Shown piece after piece: positions 32,111 to 45,261 of a stretch of 64,000 nucleotides of DNA. Both the position numbers and the translations under genes were made by a program. Source of the DNA: Flaccisagitta enflata (taxonomy: Eukaryota); the NCBI GenBank assembly GCA_965153355.1, contig OZ231126.1, forward strand, positions 19,344,001-19,408,000. The letters are read 5' to 3'. Below the pieces are notes generated by a model, which made no database searches, had not been told where the DNA came from, and saw only the letters and a list, made by a program, of their open reading frames with translations. The first letter of the stretch is position 1; every line of letters starts with the position of its first letter.

Positions 32111-32572
32111 AATTCATTTGGCTCGGTCCTTTTTTTCTTTAATTTTCAGTTTCACAAATGAGAAAAATTCCAATAACTGAAAAAAAACATGGTAAAAAGT
32201 GATCAATGCATTACTGGTATTCTTTGCTGAAAGCATTTTTTGTCCATTATTGTGGAGTGGTGGAGAAATCTGGGTAGAAATTAGTGCATGGGCCACTGCA
32301 AGAAGCAGTGGAGAAGGTGAAGGGGGAAAAGGGAGAGTACTTGGAAGTAGCAGTTGGAGAAACGGCAGATTAAGCAGTGGGAGAAGCGGCGGAGGAAATG
32401 GTAGCAGAATGTGTGAGGAATAGGTTGGTCACGGATAGGGGTCAAATTTCAAAAAATTATTTACTCTAGTTTATTGCATAAATGTAAAAAATTAGAAGGT
32501 TTTCCCATAAGGAGAGGTCTGAGTTTGAAAATTAAACCATGTCGGCAACACTATGGAGTTCCTATGGCAATG

Positions 32573-32779
32573 AAACAAGGCCGGACACACAGCTACCCCA
32601 GTCGTGTGTGGGTGGGCAGGGGCCATAATTGGGGTCAGACTGGTCAGTGGAGCATTTGGGCAGGAGCAGTATGGCAAAAAAAACATTAACGCCAAAAATA
32701 TAAATTGTGACGGACGGACCAATGGACGGACCGACAGACCGACAAAGCGGGGTGTAGAGCTGCGTAGCACGCGACTAAA
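32573..32779 (-). mobile_element. HINE type A (AGTCGCG)
   Basis: both diagnostic ends and GACG/GACC repeats. Confidence 0.8.
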
Positions 32780-32890
32780 GATCCCTATGGTTTTGCCGAC
32801 AAGGTTTCTTGTTTGATTTTACACCCCAACTTGTGAGAAAACCTTCTTTTATTAGATATTTATGCAAAAGGTCCAAGTATATCAATATAT

Positions 32891-33069
32891 AACAAGGCGG
32901 GATACACGGCTACCCCAGTTGCGTGCTGGTGGGCAGGGGCCATTTTTGAGGTCACCAGAACATTTGGGCAGGAGCAGTACAGTCAGAGAATAAAAAACAT
33001 AAAAAATTAAAGTGTGACCGACCAACTGACAAACAAAGCAGGGTGTAGGGACGCGTAGCACGCAACTAA
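32891..33069 (-). mobile_element. HINE type A
   Basis: both diagnostic ends. Confidence 0.75.
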
Positions 33070-33414
33070 GAATCAACCTAATTCCGGACCACCCTAGTGA
33101 GGAAGGCGGCGAGAAAAACGACGAGGGAAGCGGCGGGCAATCTCTAAAGTCTCTTTCCGTCTTTCGGCTCCATTTTTGCGTCCTGCTTTTGTTTTTATTA
33201 GAGTCAATTCAACCGACAAAAACGACGCTTGATTTACCTGGTTTTTCTTCTCTTTCATTTCCTATTTTCTTTCTGTTTCTACCTCCATCTTGGCTTCTAC
33301 TTACACCTGACTACAACGGATACGCAATAGGAAGACTTCTGACATGTCTGTTGCAAGGGGGAAAGTTGTATGATGGAAAATGAAAAGAAATCAAAATCAA
33401 GGAGGCAAAAAGTG

Positions 33415-33612
33415 AAACAAGGCCGGATACACGGCCACCAGTTGCGGACGGGTGGGCAGGGGCGCCAGGGGCGGAAATGTGCGTTTTCACACTTTTCGAC
33501 TCGATCATTACGGACCAACAGACGGACGGACCAACGGACGGACGGACCAACGGACCAACGGACGGACGGACGGACAAAGCCTCTTATAGAGTTGCGTGTC
33601 CACAACTAAAAA
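33415..33612 (-). mobile_element. HINE type A, AGTTGCG variant
   Basis: both diagnostic ends and (GACG)n. Confidence 0.8.
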
Positions 33613-34282
33613 GAGGAACTCAAGCCCCTGCATTTGTCGGTCATTCCATGTACCGCTGAACCTCGCAATAAAAGAAGACTCAAAGGTGAAGAACCAACCA
33701 TTTTAGTCTGTCAGTTTTCATTGTAAAGGAAACCAGAAAATATCAATTTAATCCGTTATGGGTGCATTCTGCTTGCATGTGTTCCTCTGAGATCTTTTTA
33801 AAAAGGTGGTGCCGGTACAAGAAAATCTTGAGCGACCCCAGGACTAGCATGTGCTAAGGTAGGGGTAGTTTTGCAAAATACACTGGCAAATGGAAAGAAT
33901 TGAAGACAGACTAATGGCCATATGTATGTAGCTGGTGCAGAAGCATAATGTTTTGTTTTTGTTTCTTGTTTTCTCTTTGGTCTTTTTTTTTCGAATCCCT
34001 TATTCCAGAGCTCTACTTTTATTCCCATTTTATCTCTTCATTTTACGGTGCCAAAGGAAAGGGGCGGATTTTGCTCATTAGAAGCTTCATTTCCTTTTTC
34101 ATGTATTGCCATAAATCTAAATGGTTTGTGATTCAGCGTTCATTTCCAAGGTATTCGAATGCTTTTTCTTTTCTAAACATTTTGTTTCCATGACTGAGGA
34201 CAAGCAGATTTGCGCTTGAGCGACAATGTTTCTTAGCAGTTAACATCCGGATAGATTACGATATGGTATTACGCTGTTACTT

Positions 34283-34650
<368 letters not shown>

Positions 34651-35706
34651 TGCCACAAGTTTGTTTCGAGTTCATAGATGGACGTAAAACGAAGGATGTG
34701 GGCGTTTGTTAGCTGCCGTTTGCCCTGCAGAAGAAGAATGGCCCCACTTACATTTTCAGGTTGCAAAAGCGACAGTATCGGGACCATTCACGGCCTTCTG
34801 GTTACGAACAATTGGGTAGGGGCAGTAATACAAGAACTGCTCGCAATTAAATAACAGTGGCAAAATAAAAAATCGGACGTTACCTCTTGATCAAGGATTA
34901 TTCAGTAATCTAAAATGATAAACCCTTAAAATCCATGATGGTTTTAAAGAGTTTCAAAATATCTGTTGTTTGAGCTCTCACAGAACGTTGTAGCTTCAAA
35001 ACTCTAGAAGTTATGATGCTTAAAAGATAACCACCCAGAATTCTCAAATCTGGTTTCAATCTATTCAGAGTAACCAACTTAGAATTGATATAGCTTGTAA
35101 ATGAATAAGAATCATGATTTCTGCTTGGTGCCATCTTGTAGAAAATTCAAAATACTCCATTTTTACCTTGAATTTTGTTCCATTAATTCAGTTTCTTCAT
35201 TTTACAGAATATGTGAAACAAAAAAGGTTTTATTGTCAGGCACAGTAATTTGTTTTCAAGAATATGGGTGTTGAGTTTCAAACTTATGTAATTTGAAAAC
35301 GACTCAAGCTAAAAATTTCTGCTTGGTCTAGATTCTTAGAATTTTCAAAGCTCTTTAAAATGCTTATGGATTTTAAGTTAAAAGAATGTGCAGTTTTCTC
35401 TCAATCATGAAAAACTAAGCGTCCGGTTTTTATTTTGGCCATTGTTGATTAATAAGTGACTGATGACGGCACCCAAAGCAACGTATACAGTCGCATGTTT
35501 GCGACTAAATCTTGAAAATGTGGGATAGAGAATAGGATAGAGGACGACAGTGAAATAGAAAAAAAATGGGTGCTGGGAAAATGGAGTAGAAGCGGAAATT
35601 AAAAGAGGAGGGAATTTGAGACAAAGTTTCAAAAGAATGAAATTCAAATTTCAAGACGCAACGGAAAGAGACAGAGAGACGGAGAGAGACGGAGAGAGAC
35701 AGAGAG

Positions 35707-35759
<53 letters not shown>

Positions 35760-35809
35760 CAGTCAGAAAACTAAGGCTTGAGTAGTCAAAGAAGTCAAGA
35801 AAAGTGACA

Positions 35810-36100
35810 AAAGCGTCAGATGGTTCGTGGTGCCCATTGCTCCCCAGTTAGTATATGAAAGAATGTGGCGGTTAAAGGGGTAACGGCTCCGAAGGAGTTG
35901 ATGACCTATGCAAGGCTCAGGACTGAGATCAGGCTGTACTTGAGCCTCAAGGCTGAGATTTGATCCTTGAAGCTGGAATTTGAGGCTGGAAATTGAGCCT
36001 CATGGCTTGGATTTGAGCCACAAGGATGAAAATTGAGACTCAAGCATTGGATTTGAGCCATGGGGCTGGGGTTTAAGCTTTGAGGGGCCGCTGACCAAAA
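35810..36100 (-). mobile_element. degraded type B Helentron-like element with ~21-bp repeats (GGATTTGAGCCTCAAGGCT)
   Basis: GGGGCCGCTGACCAAAAA terminus and an internal tandem array. Confidence 0.55.
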
Positions 36101-36666
36101 ACGGGAAACGAGGGAGTCATATTGGGAGAACGATAGACAGGCAGACAGACTAAGCCATTGAGGAACTCTTCCTTACAGGGGTGTATATACAGTAGGACCC
36201 CGCCTCATCGGTCCCATTGGGACTAAGGTTGGGGGATCGGTGATTCACCGCTGAAAAAACGGTGGAGTGAATGCCATTTTTCACCGATTCGGTGATTTGG
36301 ATTTTTGGTTTTTCACCGTTTTTTTCTCCCATCCCTAGGCTGCTTTTTTCATTGCACTTTTTCGCCGTCATGCCCAAGAAAATGCGCATGCCGGGACAAT
36401 ATCCTGAGCATTGATTTTCATTGGGGGAAAAAAATTACACATAGGTCTCTGATTCAGTGGTTGCTATGGTGTCAAAGTAACTGTATCTGATACCAGTTTC
36501 ATGCAGCAAAAAAAAAATGCCAACTATGTCTTAAGGTTGTGACGCCATTCTTATACGCATTTTCTCTCACAGTTTATATTTGTCGCGCATGTCAATTCTA
36601 TCAATTCCTTTATCTTTAACAAGAAAGAAATAAAAAGAAAAAAGAGATCGAAGAAGAAGATCGAAG

Positions 36667-36827
36667 AAAACAAGGCCGGATACACGGCAATCCAGTCGCG
36701 GACAGTTGGGCAGGAGCAGTAATGCAAAAAACACTCGGAATTCAAAAATTTGATGGACGGTTGGACAGACCTACCGACCTACCAACCAACACGGCAAGGT
36801 GTAGAGTCGCGTGTCCGCGACTAAAAA
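36667..36827 (-). mobile_element. HINE type A
   Basis: AGTCGCG-TGTC-CGCGACTAAAAA and GGCCGGATACACGGC ends. Confidence 0.8.
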
Positions 36828-37247
36828 GAAGAGAAAAGATGGGGAAAAAAAAAAGAAATAAGAGACCAGTGACGCGGGACCACAATAATGTTGCAGACGG
36901 ATGGGCAGGGGCCTAAAACCCCCAGCCTCACCTTGATCCCACCTCCAACTACCCCTGCCACACACTCACACAGCCACAAACATACACACAAACAAACAAA
37001 CACACACAAACAAACAAACAAACAAACAAACAAACACACACAAACAAACTGCAGTATCATAAACAAGCGTTTTTCGCATTTTCAAATGGAGCGTGATGGT
37101 CTGACGGACGATGGACGGACCAATGGACAGACAAAACACACACAAACTGCAGTATCATAAACAAGCGTTTTTCGCATTTTCAAATGGAGCGTGATGGTCT
37201 GACGGACGATGGACGGACCAATGGACAGACAAAACCTCTTAAAGAAT

Positions 37248-37425
37248 AACAAGGCCGGATACAAGGCTACCCCAGTCGCGTGCGGGTGGGAGGGGCTATG
37301 TTTGAGGTCACCTGACCATTTGGGTAAAAGAAGTAGGGTTAAAGAAAAACATCATAAAAAATGCGACCAACAGACAGACCGACCGACAAAGTAGGGCGTG
37401 GAGTCACGTAGCACGCGACTAAAAA
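37248..37425 (-). mobile_element. HINE type A
   Basis: both diagnostic ends. Confidence 0.8.
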
Positions 37426-37510
37426 GAAAAGAAGCAAAAAAGGAAATAGAAAACGACAAAAAAGATATAAAAAAGAACATAAGAAAAAAAAGAAGAAGAA
37501 TAAGGGGTAA

Positions 37511-37589
<79 letters not shown>

Positions 37590-37793
37590 TGATATGGAAT
37601 TGACTGACCTCAAGAAACAGTTCAAGAGACGTACACCATGACAATTTTAAAGGAATTTTTTTTATTTAAGGCATTAGTCAGCCGTTGCTGGAGCTGTAAC
37701 TAGATTTTATTACGAATGTATAGAAAATGTTTCATTTTGACACACCTTTCTTTCTTTATTGGGATCTAATAGAGCAATTATGCACAACTTTTA

Positions 37794-38556
37794 CCCTGCT
37801 TTCAATATCGAGTGTTACCAGCAAAACCTTTATTGCGACTAAAATATTTATTTTTAGAAAATCCGGTTGGTTTTGTCTGAAAGCACATAACTTACCATTA
37901 TTTCATGCAAAATTTCGTCATGCTGGGTCTAGCAGTTTATCGTCCACATGTTTTTGAAATTTGATAAAATTTGAACAAAATTTGCCAAAAAAACACATTT
38001 TTGAGCGATGTTATATGTATGAACCCTTATAAACTTTGTGCATCATGAGCTGGAATGACCAAATAAGTCATGTATAGTCAATAATTGACACTTAGTTTGT
38101 ATCATTTTAGCTTTTCACCATTCTTTAAGAATTTTGGTGCTGAAATACAGTTGTTGTTATTTGAAACCTACTCAAACTTTAGAAATTCAAAGGAAAACCC
38201 AGATCTTCCACATAGATTTCGAAGATTTGGTCTTTTTCTACAGAGATACATAAAGTGAGACTAAAATCCCTCTTTCAAGACATATCTGGCCATTTTTGCT
38301 TGATTCGTTAAGAAATGACAATGATTCAATGTCACAGTGTCAGTTAATCAATCTTTTAAAAAATCCTCTAGTGGGGTTTATCTCATTTTCATTCAAAATT
38401 ATGTGGAAGCCAAACGGCTTGAGCCAGCCCTTTGAAATTTTGCATGAACAAATGGTAGGTTATATGCTTTTTGGCAAATCCTACCTGAATTTCCAAAAAT
38501 ATATACTTTAGACACAATAAAGGTTTTGCTGGTAACACTCGGTATTGAAAGCAGGG
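37794..38556. mobile_element. TA-flanked long-TIR MITE (level 4)
   Basis: TA|CCCTGCTTTCAATA.CGAGTGTTACCAGCAAAACC with ~165-bp inverted copy ending GAAAGCAGGG|TA. Confidence 0.88.
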
Positions 38557-41183
38557 TATCCAACATCAAACATGATCTGTTTGAGCTAGTAAGTGGTGGG
38601 GGGTAGCTGCAGTGTAAAAATCCCCCCAAAAAAACGGAAAAAACGGCGGTGAAAATGAAAAATCGCCGAAAATCGGTGGCGATTGAAAACCTGAGTCACT
38701 CCCAACCTTAATTGGGACTGAAGAATTTTCACCTTTATCTCAGGGTAACCTTTAAAGAGAGGTGAACTCACTTTAAAAGCTACTATTTGGGACTTCAAAA
38801 TATTGACCTTTATTGATGGGGAACCTTTAAAAGCGAGGCTGTTATTGCGGGGTTCAACTGTAATTGAGTGGCTTTCGATTCCCCCCCCCCCTGCCTTCGA
38901 TTTTCTTCCCCGCGATGCATCGCGTCCCATTACAAAATCTATGATTTTCTTCCCAATAAAGCAATAAAAGAGTGTATGTAAGGATTAAATAGTGTTAAAT
39001 TATGCTTTACTAATCAAGTTTTAAGATTTGGTACTGCCAAAAGTTATATTTTCCCCAAATTTTCTTTTTTTCTCTATTTTCCCCCTTCCTTTCCCTTCCC
39101 CATCTCAATTATATACAGGCCTGCTTCCTTAGCTAGAGGGCGACCGACACTTTGGCATAACACCCGACGAATCTTAAAAGTTAAGGTGGAAAAAACAAGG
39201 TCGGATACACGGCAATCCAGTCGCGGACGGTTGGGCAGGAGCAGTAATGCGAAAACCGCTCGGACACAGCCTCTGATAGTAAGGGAACCTTCAAAACAGC
39301 TGCATTGGACCCACCGACCAACACAGTCAATCAGGCATGTGGGGCGCGGGACAAAACAATGGGAAACAAGAGATCAAATCGCGACCGTTGGTAGTCCTCG
39401 ACGTCAGCAATGGCAACAGGATGAAGGATACGAAACAAGTAACGCGGTTAACAATATCGTTGCAGACGGGTGGGCAGCGGCGAACGGACAAAGTCTCTCT
39501 TTTAGACACGCAACAATAAATGAAGCGACAAAAAGTGAGGTGTGACCTATTTGACCACCATCGCTTGCCAAGCAGAAAACTCTAATCATGACGAAAAATG
39601 AATTTTGAGTTAAATCAAGACAAAAAGAGTGTACTAACACGAAATTAAGCGTCATAGGCGTGAAAAACGTGAACCACGTTCACCCTTCCCCCCCCCCTCT
39701 CCTTTTTGAAAAGATACGTAGCGCCGGAAAAAAAACACAATCTTTACTTTTTTTGACGAAAAGTTGATTCTTGTTCTTCTTTTTGTCGAATGCGACAGCT
39801 GAGTTGACTTTTAGGTCTGCTTCTTCGCGCGAGCAGTCATTTAAAACGTCGTTTCCCACGAACCAAGTTCAACAAATTGCTTCTTTTTATATCTTCTTCT
39901 CTTCAAAACTTTTTTTTTCGCGCGTTGAATCTCCTTTTTCTAACTTCATTTCATTATTTTTCTTTTTTTCCATTTTGTCTTTTTTTTTTTTTACTTTCTC
40001 GTGTAGAAAACAAAGATACACCACGACGGGGAGAGACACAGATGCAGACGTTGACATAAAGCTATGAACGGAAAGGCACACAGACAGATGGATTAAAAGA
40101 CATATGGGGACAGAGACAAACATAGAGACAGAGACAGCGACAATGGCAGAGAGAAAACACGGAGGGAGTTGGGAAGTGTTAGATGGAGAGAATGAACTTT
40201 ATACCGGACAAAAAGGCAGACGGAAAATGCAAGGGAGAAGGAGAAATACACTTAAAGAGGGACATAGAAAGAAAGAAAACACAAGACAATATGGGAGAAA
40301 CAATAGCGTAGAATGGTGGACGGACCGACTGACAGAAAGATGGAGCAGGCTACTGAACAACAGACAAAGATTTGGGACACATCGTGAAGAAGAAGATAAA
40401 GAAGAAAGGGGAGAAAAAGAAGAAGAATAAGAAGAAGATAAGAGGAAGAAGAAATGAAGAAGAAGAAGAAGAAGAAGAAGAAGAAGAAGAAGAAGAAGAA
40501 GAAGAAGAAGAAGAAGAAGAAGAAGAAGAAGAAGAAGAAAGGGAAGAGGAAGTAGAAGAAACAGAAAAAGAAAAATAAAGATAAAAAGAACAGTCAATTA
40601 AAAAGATGAAGATCAAGAAGCCCTTGAGGGATGAGGAGATGATAAAGAAGAAAGAAGAGGTGAGAAAAAAGGAGATGATAATGAAGAAAAATAATAATGA
40701 GAAGAAGAAGATGAAGACAAGGAAAAGAAAAAAAAAGAAGAAGAAGATGAAGAAGAAGAAGAAGAAGAAGAAGAAGAAGAAGAAAAAGAAAAAGAAAAAG
40801 AAAAAGAAAAAGAAAAAGAAAAAGAAAAAGAAGGAGGAGAAGAAGAAGAAGAAGAAGAAGAAAAAGAAAAGGAAGAGGAAGTAGAAGAAAATCAATCAAA
40901 TCAATCAAGAAGGCTGTGAGGAATGAGGAGATGATGAAGAAGAAAGAAGAGGTGAGAAATAAGGAGATGATAATGAAGAAAAACGATAATAATAATGAGA
41001 AGATGAAGACAAGGAAAAGAAAAAAAGAAGATGAAGAAGAAGAAGAAGAAGTAGAAAAAGAAAAAGAAAAAGAAGAAGAAGAAGAAGAAGAAGAAGAAGA
41101 AGAAGAAGAAGAAGAAGAAGAAGAAGAAGAAGAAGAAGAAAAGAAGAAGAAGAAGAAGAGGAAAAAGAAGAAGAGAAAAGGAA

Positions 41184-41304
41184 AAACAAGGCCGGATACA
41201 CGCCATCAGTTACGTGACGGTAAGTGAAATGCAGTTTTCCCACTCGTGCTCACCAACGGACCGACGGACGGACAAGCCTTTATAGAGTTGCGTCCGCAAT
41301 AAAA
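41184..41304 (-). mobile_element. short HINE type A, AGTTGCG variant
   Basis: both ends present. Confidence 0.7.
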
Positions 41305-41572
41305 GAAAAAGAAGAAGAAGAAGGAAGAAGAAGAAGAAGAAGAAGAAGAAGAAGAAGAAGAAGAAGAAGAAGGAGAAGAAGAAGAAGAAGAAGAAGAAGA
41401 AGAAGAAGAAGAAGAAGAAGAAGAAGAAGAAGAAGAAGAAGAAGAAGAAGAAGAAGAAGAAGAAGAAGAAGAAGAAGAAGAAGAAGAAGAAGAAGAAGAA
41501 GAAGAAGAAGAAGAAGAAGAAGAAGAAGAAGAAGAAGAAGAAGAAGAAGAAGAAGAAGAAGAAGAAGAAGAA

Positions 41573-41604
<32 letters not shown>

Positions 41605-41696
41605 AATAGGAGTAACACAAGTGAAAGAAAGAAAAATAAGAGGGAAAAGAAGTAGAAGAAGAAGAAGAAGAAGAAGAAGAAGAAGAAGAAGAAGAA

Positions 41697-41727
<31 letters not shown>

Positions 41728-41728
<1 letters not shown>

Positions 41729-41946
41729 AACAAGGCCAACACCTATTAGTCGCGTGCGAGACTTACAGAACGACTTAGAATGACTTAGGATGACTTAGAA
41801 TGACTTACTATACTCTTAAATGACTTAAAATGACTTAAGGAAATAAAATTGATAAAGAAAGTAAAAGAGTGACAGACCGACAGACAGACAGCCTGACCAC
41901 CGGACGGACAAAGGGGGGTGTAGAGTCGCGTGCACGTGACTAAAAA
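41728..41946 (-). mobile_element. HINE type A, same subfamily as 19861-21302, with a short 10-bp (TGACTTAGAA)n array
   Basis: CAAGGCCAACACCTA end and AGTCGCGTGCACGTGACTAAAAA end. Confidence 0.78.
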
Positions 41947-42155
41947 GAAGAAGAAGAAGAAGAAGAAGAAGAGGAAGAAAAAGAAGAAGAAGAAGAAGAA
42001 GAAGAAGAAGAAGAAGAAGAAGAAGAAGAAGAAGAAGAAGAAGAAGAAGAAGAAGAAGAAGAAGAAGAAGAAAAAGGAAAAGAAGAAGGCGACAAGAAAA
42101 AGAAAGAGAGAAAGTAATGCAAGTAAAACGAGAAGAAGAGGAAGAAAAAGAAGGA

Positions 42156-42295
<140 letters not shown>

Positions 42296-42363
42296 TCAAA
42301 AACAACAACACCAACAACAACAACAACAACATCAACGACATCAACAACAACAACAACAACAAT

Positions 42364-42429
<66 letters not shown>

Positions 42430-42887
42430 AGCAACAGCAAAAGGAAGGTGAAAAAAAGTAGAGAAGAAGAAAGAGATAAGGCTCAAATTGGGAAAGGAGG
42501 AAATGGGAAAAGTCTTAAGGTAAAGTAGGAAAATGAAAAGCCAGATGAAGAAGAAGAGGAGGAGAGGAGGAGGAGGAGGAGGAGGAGGAGGGAGTGGAGG
42601 TCGGAAAATGAGGAGGGAAAGAGACGCAGAGAGAGAAAAAAAGGAGGAAACGGAGGAAAAGAGGAGGAGGAAGAGGAAGAGTAGGAAGAGGCGGGAAAAG
42701 AGCAAGAGGGGACATAATGGGCACCCGAAGGTGAGGGAAGAAGTCGACGTCAAGAAGGAAGGAAAAGAAGCAAAAAAAAGAATAAGAGGGAAAGAGAAAA
42801 GAAAATTTTGAGGGAAAAAAAGAGGAGGAAAAGATGTATTTGGGAGGACCATAACAGATTTTTTTTTGAGGATTAGAAGGAGGAAGA

Positions 42888-42987
<100 letters not shown>

Positions 42988-43014
42988 CAGACAGACAGAG
43001 AGAGAGAGAGAGAC

Positions 43015-43110
<96 letters not shown>

Positions 43111-43200
43111 ATAGACAGGCAGACAGACAGAAAGACAGACAGAAAGACAGATAGACTGAAAGACAAGTAGACAAACAGACAGACAGTCTGAATGACAGAT

Positions 43201-43335
<135 letters not shown>

Positions 43336-43913
43336 GACAGAGAGAGAGACAGAGAGAGAGAGACGGATAGACAGACAGACTCAGAGAAAAAAAAGAAGAC
43401 GGATAGGTGAAAAACCGACAAACAGACAGAGAGACAGACAGAGAGACAGAAAGACAGACAGACAGACAGACAGAAAGACAGACAGACTGAAAGACAAGAA
43501 GACAAACAGACAGACAGTCTGAATGACAGATATATAGACAGACAGATAGCAAGAGATACGAACAAAGTGACAATCCGGCATTTAGCAAGTGAAACGGCGA
43601 AAAGATGAGATTCGTCGGGATTTTGTATCGGTGAGCGTCGTTAGCAGCCGCACTCAATTTGTCATTGATTCCTCCAGAGATTCTTTCCGAGATTTACGAA
43701 AACAAACAAAAAGACAATGACACCGATTATAGGATTCCGCTGTATTCCGAATTTGTTGGAAATCAAAAAGGATAATGAAAGTGACAACAAAAGATGATGG
43801 AAGTGACTGAAGGATTCCACTGCATGGCAAATTGATTTGAAAACAAAAGGGATAGTAAAAAAATATTAGTTTCCACTGAATTATGGTGAATCATCGGTGG
43901 TCATTATCAATAT

Positions 43914-44145
43914 AACAAGGCCGGATACACGGCCACCAATTGCAGACGGGTTGGCAGGGGTGGAAATGCGCGTTTTCAAACTTTCCAACTCGATCATTGC
44001 AGACGGACGGACGGACGGACGGACGGATGGACGGACGGACGGACGGACGGACGGACGGACGGACGGACGGACGGACGGACGGACGGACGGACGGACGGAC
44101 GGACGGACAAAGCCTTTTATAGAGTTGCGTGTCCGCAACTAAAAA
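43914..44145 (-). mobile_element. HINE type A, AGTTGCG variant with long (GACG)n
   Basis: both ends present. Confidence 0.8.
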
Positions 44146-44350
44146 GGATGCAAGAAAATTGCTTAATTGTATCTCATGTATTTCCAGGTCCTTAGGTTTG
44201 CTGGCATTGTTTTTTGTCTTGACGTGGATAGGAAGATTTTCTCTTCATTTCTTCTTAGAGTAATTAAGAACTCATACAAATCTCTTACAAATGCAACGCA
44301 TGTAAAATATTTCAAGTGTTTTCAACTTCTTGGACCAATCTATTGGACAT

Positions 44351-45261
44351 TATAAGTTACGCCCACGAGTTTCAACTGGCACTGTCTATGAGCGTCTATC
44401 TGACTGACGACTTGTGGTGAAAGAAAGTTGGCCGATTGGAAAATAGGAAGGCGATCGTCTCGTTTATTCCATAAAAATTTCAACAACTGAAGAGAGGGGG
44501 AAAAATGAAAGGGAAAGTGGGCGTTAATTTTGATCAGCAAACGCAAAAGATAACATGAAATCGAGACAGGACACAATAAAGGACAGAAACAGCACATGAC
44601 AACATGTTCATCTTCTTCAGAGCCCATGCCACCTGATAATACCTGCCCCTGCCCCGGCCTATCCCATTAGATTCATCCATATCATCCCCATAGTAAGCTG
44701 ATCGGGCAAGCGATAAAACCATACTAAAATCCGGCGATAAAAATGCAAAAGGGCAAAAGACAAAAATAACAGACCGGAAGACAAGATAAAAACAACGTCA
44801 ATAAAAGCAAAGACGCGTCTATAAAACTTACTTTTAGGCCCACTTTCGTTGGTTTCAACCCACAGTCTGTCGAAGTCAAATTAACGTTAATTGTCCGTTC
44901 ATAAGTTTATCTGCAATAAAAAGATGAGAGATTATGAAATTAGTAAATTCCAAGGGCACATTCAATCAATCACGAAAAATCAATCAATCACTTTAGGAAG
45001 CAATGAATAAATAAAATCAATCAATCCAAAAATTGGATGATACGAAAGACGAGTTACGTATGTATGCCTACGTAATAAAAAACAAATGGCATAAAAATAC
45101 AAGGCGCAACCATATGGTTACCCATCTAGCTTTCAATATAAAAATGGCTAGAAACAAAAGACGCTGGCATTGGAATAATAGAGAAAGAAAAAAAAGCCAA
45201 AGCACGCAAAAGAAACAAAAGCACATATACTTAAGAAACGGACGGACATACATTTTTAACA
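44351..45261 (-). repeat. 3' LTR (appears to lack ~35 terminal bp)
   Basis: direct repeat of 51978-52891; starts TGTT on the minus strand. Confidence 0.92.

Larger units (their letters stand above)
32421..33096. mobile_element. hAT-type MITE interrupted by two HINEs
   Basis: TAGGTTGGTC / GACCACCCTA termini, perfect 8-bp TSD GTGAGGAA (32413-20, 33097-104), internal inverted symmetry. Confidence 0.8.
36224..38710. mobile_element. inner hAT-type element (level 3)
   Basis: TAAGGTTGGG / CCCAACCTTA TIR, perfect TSD ATTGGGAC (36216-23, 38711-18), subterminal CGGTG/CACCG motifs at both ends. Confidence 0.85.
36190..38860. mobile_element. pogo/Tigger-like MITE (~176 bp when empty; level 2)
   Basis: TA|CAGTAGGACCCCGC ... 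GCGGGGTTCAACTG|TA. Confidence 0.8.
36176..39123. mobile_element. outer hAT-type MITE (level 1 of nested stack)
   Basis: reconstructed left end CAGGGGTGTATATAATTGAG matches the reverse complement of the right end CAGGCCTGTATATAATTGAG; perfect TSD CTTCCTTA (36168-75, 39124-31). Confidence 0.85.

Noticed and set aside
37046-37235. 98-bp exact direct duplication suggesting tiny LTRs
   Set aside because: Adjacent tandem duplication within a degraded HINE-like element; no TG..CA, PBS or PPT.
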